This document shows, in pieces, positions 63,637-64,000 of a DNA stretch of 64,000 bases. How positions within the stretch are numbered: the first letter of the stretch is position 1; each line of letters opens with the position of its first letter. The notes beneath the pieces are model-generated. The model was given only the letters and a program-made list of their open reading frames with translations. It searched no databases and had not been told where the DNA came from. This DNA is from Pseudobacteriovorax antillogorgiicola (GTDB lineage: Bacteria > Bdellovibrionota_B > Oligoflexia > Oligoflexales > RGVZ01), in NCBI GenBank assembly GCA_945865565.1, contig CAMBEK010000001.1, positions 163,795 through 227,794 of the forward strand. The letters are read 5' to 3'. The position numbers and the translations under genes are program-made.

Positions 63637-64000
63637 CGACTCGAGACACGAAAAAAAAATCAATAACAACTCATCTTTCCGTGGCGGCGGTTTTCGCCAT
63701 CGCCTTGGGAGTTCCCCCGGCGCCGGTGCAGGCTGCAGGAGAGTCTGCAATATTGGCCTCTTTGAGGCGAAGCCAGTCCAAGGAGTCGGCGGATCAAAAG
63801 GCACAGATTCAAAATTTAAAGAAATCATACCGTGAGACGACGGGGGCTTCGCGCAGTCTGGCAGCCTTGGGACTCGGGGCTGCCTATGCTAGAGAGGCGC
63901 CGGCCACCGCATTGCAGTATCTTTCTCTGGCCAGGACAGGCCTGGTGGCACGGCAGGAATTTTCTCCGGCTCTTTCTTATTACACGGCCTTATCGAAAAG
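63633..64000 (+). CDS. Partial ORF for a secreted protein of unknown function (runs off the window)
   Basis: In my own translation, GTG 63633 overlaps the clpC stop as GTGA. The product reads [38 protein letters not shown]... and stays open to position 64000. It is not in the track because it has no stop. Confidence 0.4.
   Translation, partial: MTTRDTKKKSITTHLSVAAVFAIALGVPPAPVQAAGESAILASLRRSQSKESADQKAQIQNLKKSYRETTGASRSLAALGLGAAYAREAPATALQYLSLARTGLVARQEFSPALSYYTALSK

Overview
This window looks like the chromosomal replication-origin neighbourhood of a Gram-negative bacterium. It is almost entirely core housekeeping genes. A Bdellovibrionota/Myxococcota-like placement is only an inference from gene content and motifs.

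Gene layout:
- 1-8793, all minus strand: an F-type ATP synthase gene set split into atpZ-atpI-atpB-atpE | terminator + three phased parS sites | parA-parB | atpF'-atpF-atpH-atpA-atpG-atpD (atpD is cut by the window edge).
- 8986-22571, all plus strand: dnaA, then a DnaA-box/AT-rich dnaA-dnaN spacer (probable oriC), dnaN, gyrB, gyrA, gatCAB, a beta-lactamase-fold hydrolase and an FAD oxidoreductase.
- Further right: a lipoprotein + beta-barrel pair, an M50 protease, and the coupled chain pyrG-kdsD-lptC-lptA-lptB followed by rpoN and rapZ.
- Then gcvP facing gcvH-gcvT, two glycosyltransferases, an OMP and ftsK.
- Then a small block of unrecognisable genes (43031-45797) that includes what looks like a catalytically dead beta-CASP/MBL protein.
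- Then mdh, htpX, two tandem tRNA-Ser genes, a polyprenyl-phosphate-type GT2 coupled to a SugE/Gdx SMR protein, an FMN reductase, and a winged-helix regulator + porin pair.
- Finally a YkgJ-type Cys-cluster protein, an MFS transporter, murF, a secreted PLD, a 7TM-PP2C phosphatase, ddl, a HAD hydrolase, lspA, a ClpC-like ATPase and a partial secreted protein.

I found no CRISPR array, transposase, integrase or prophage genes.

The most unusual items are:
- the parAB-parS module inside the atp gene set;
- a dispersed palindromic intergenic repeat family with two loci;
- the 43-46 kb orphan block;
- the regulator/porin pair with direct repeats and a perfect 11-bp hairpin.

I see no clear-cut novel multi-gene system, and I say so rather than over-calling. 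All protein family calls come from by-eye motif recognition on the supplied translations; no searches were run.
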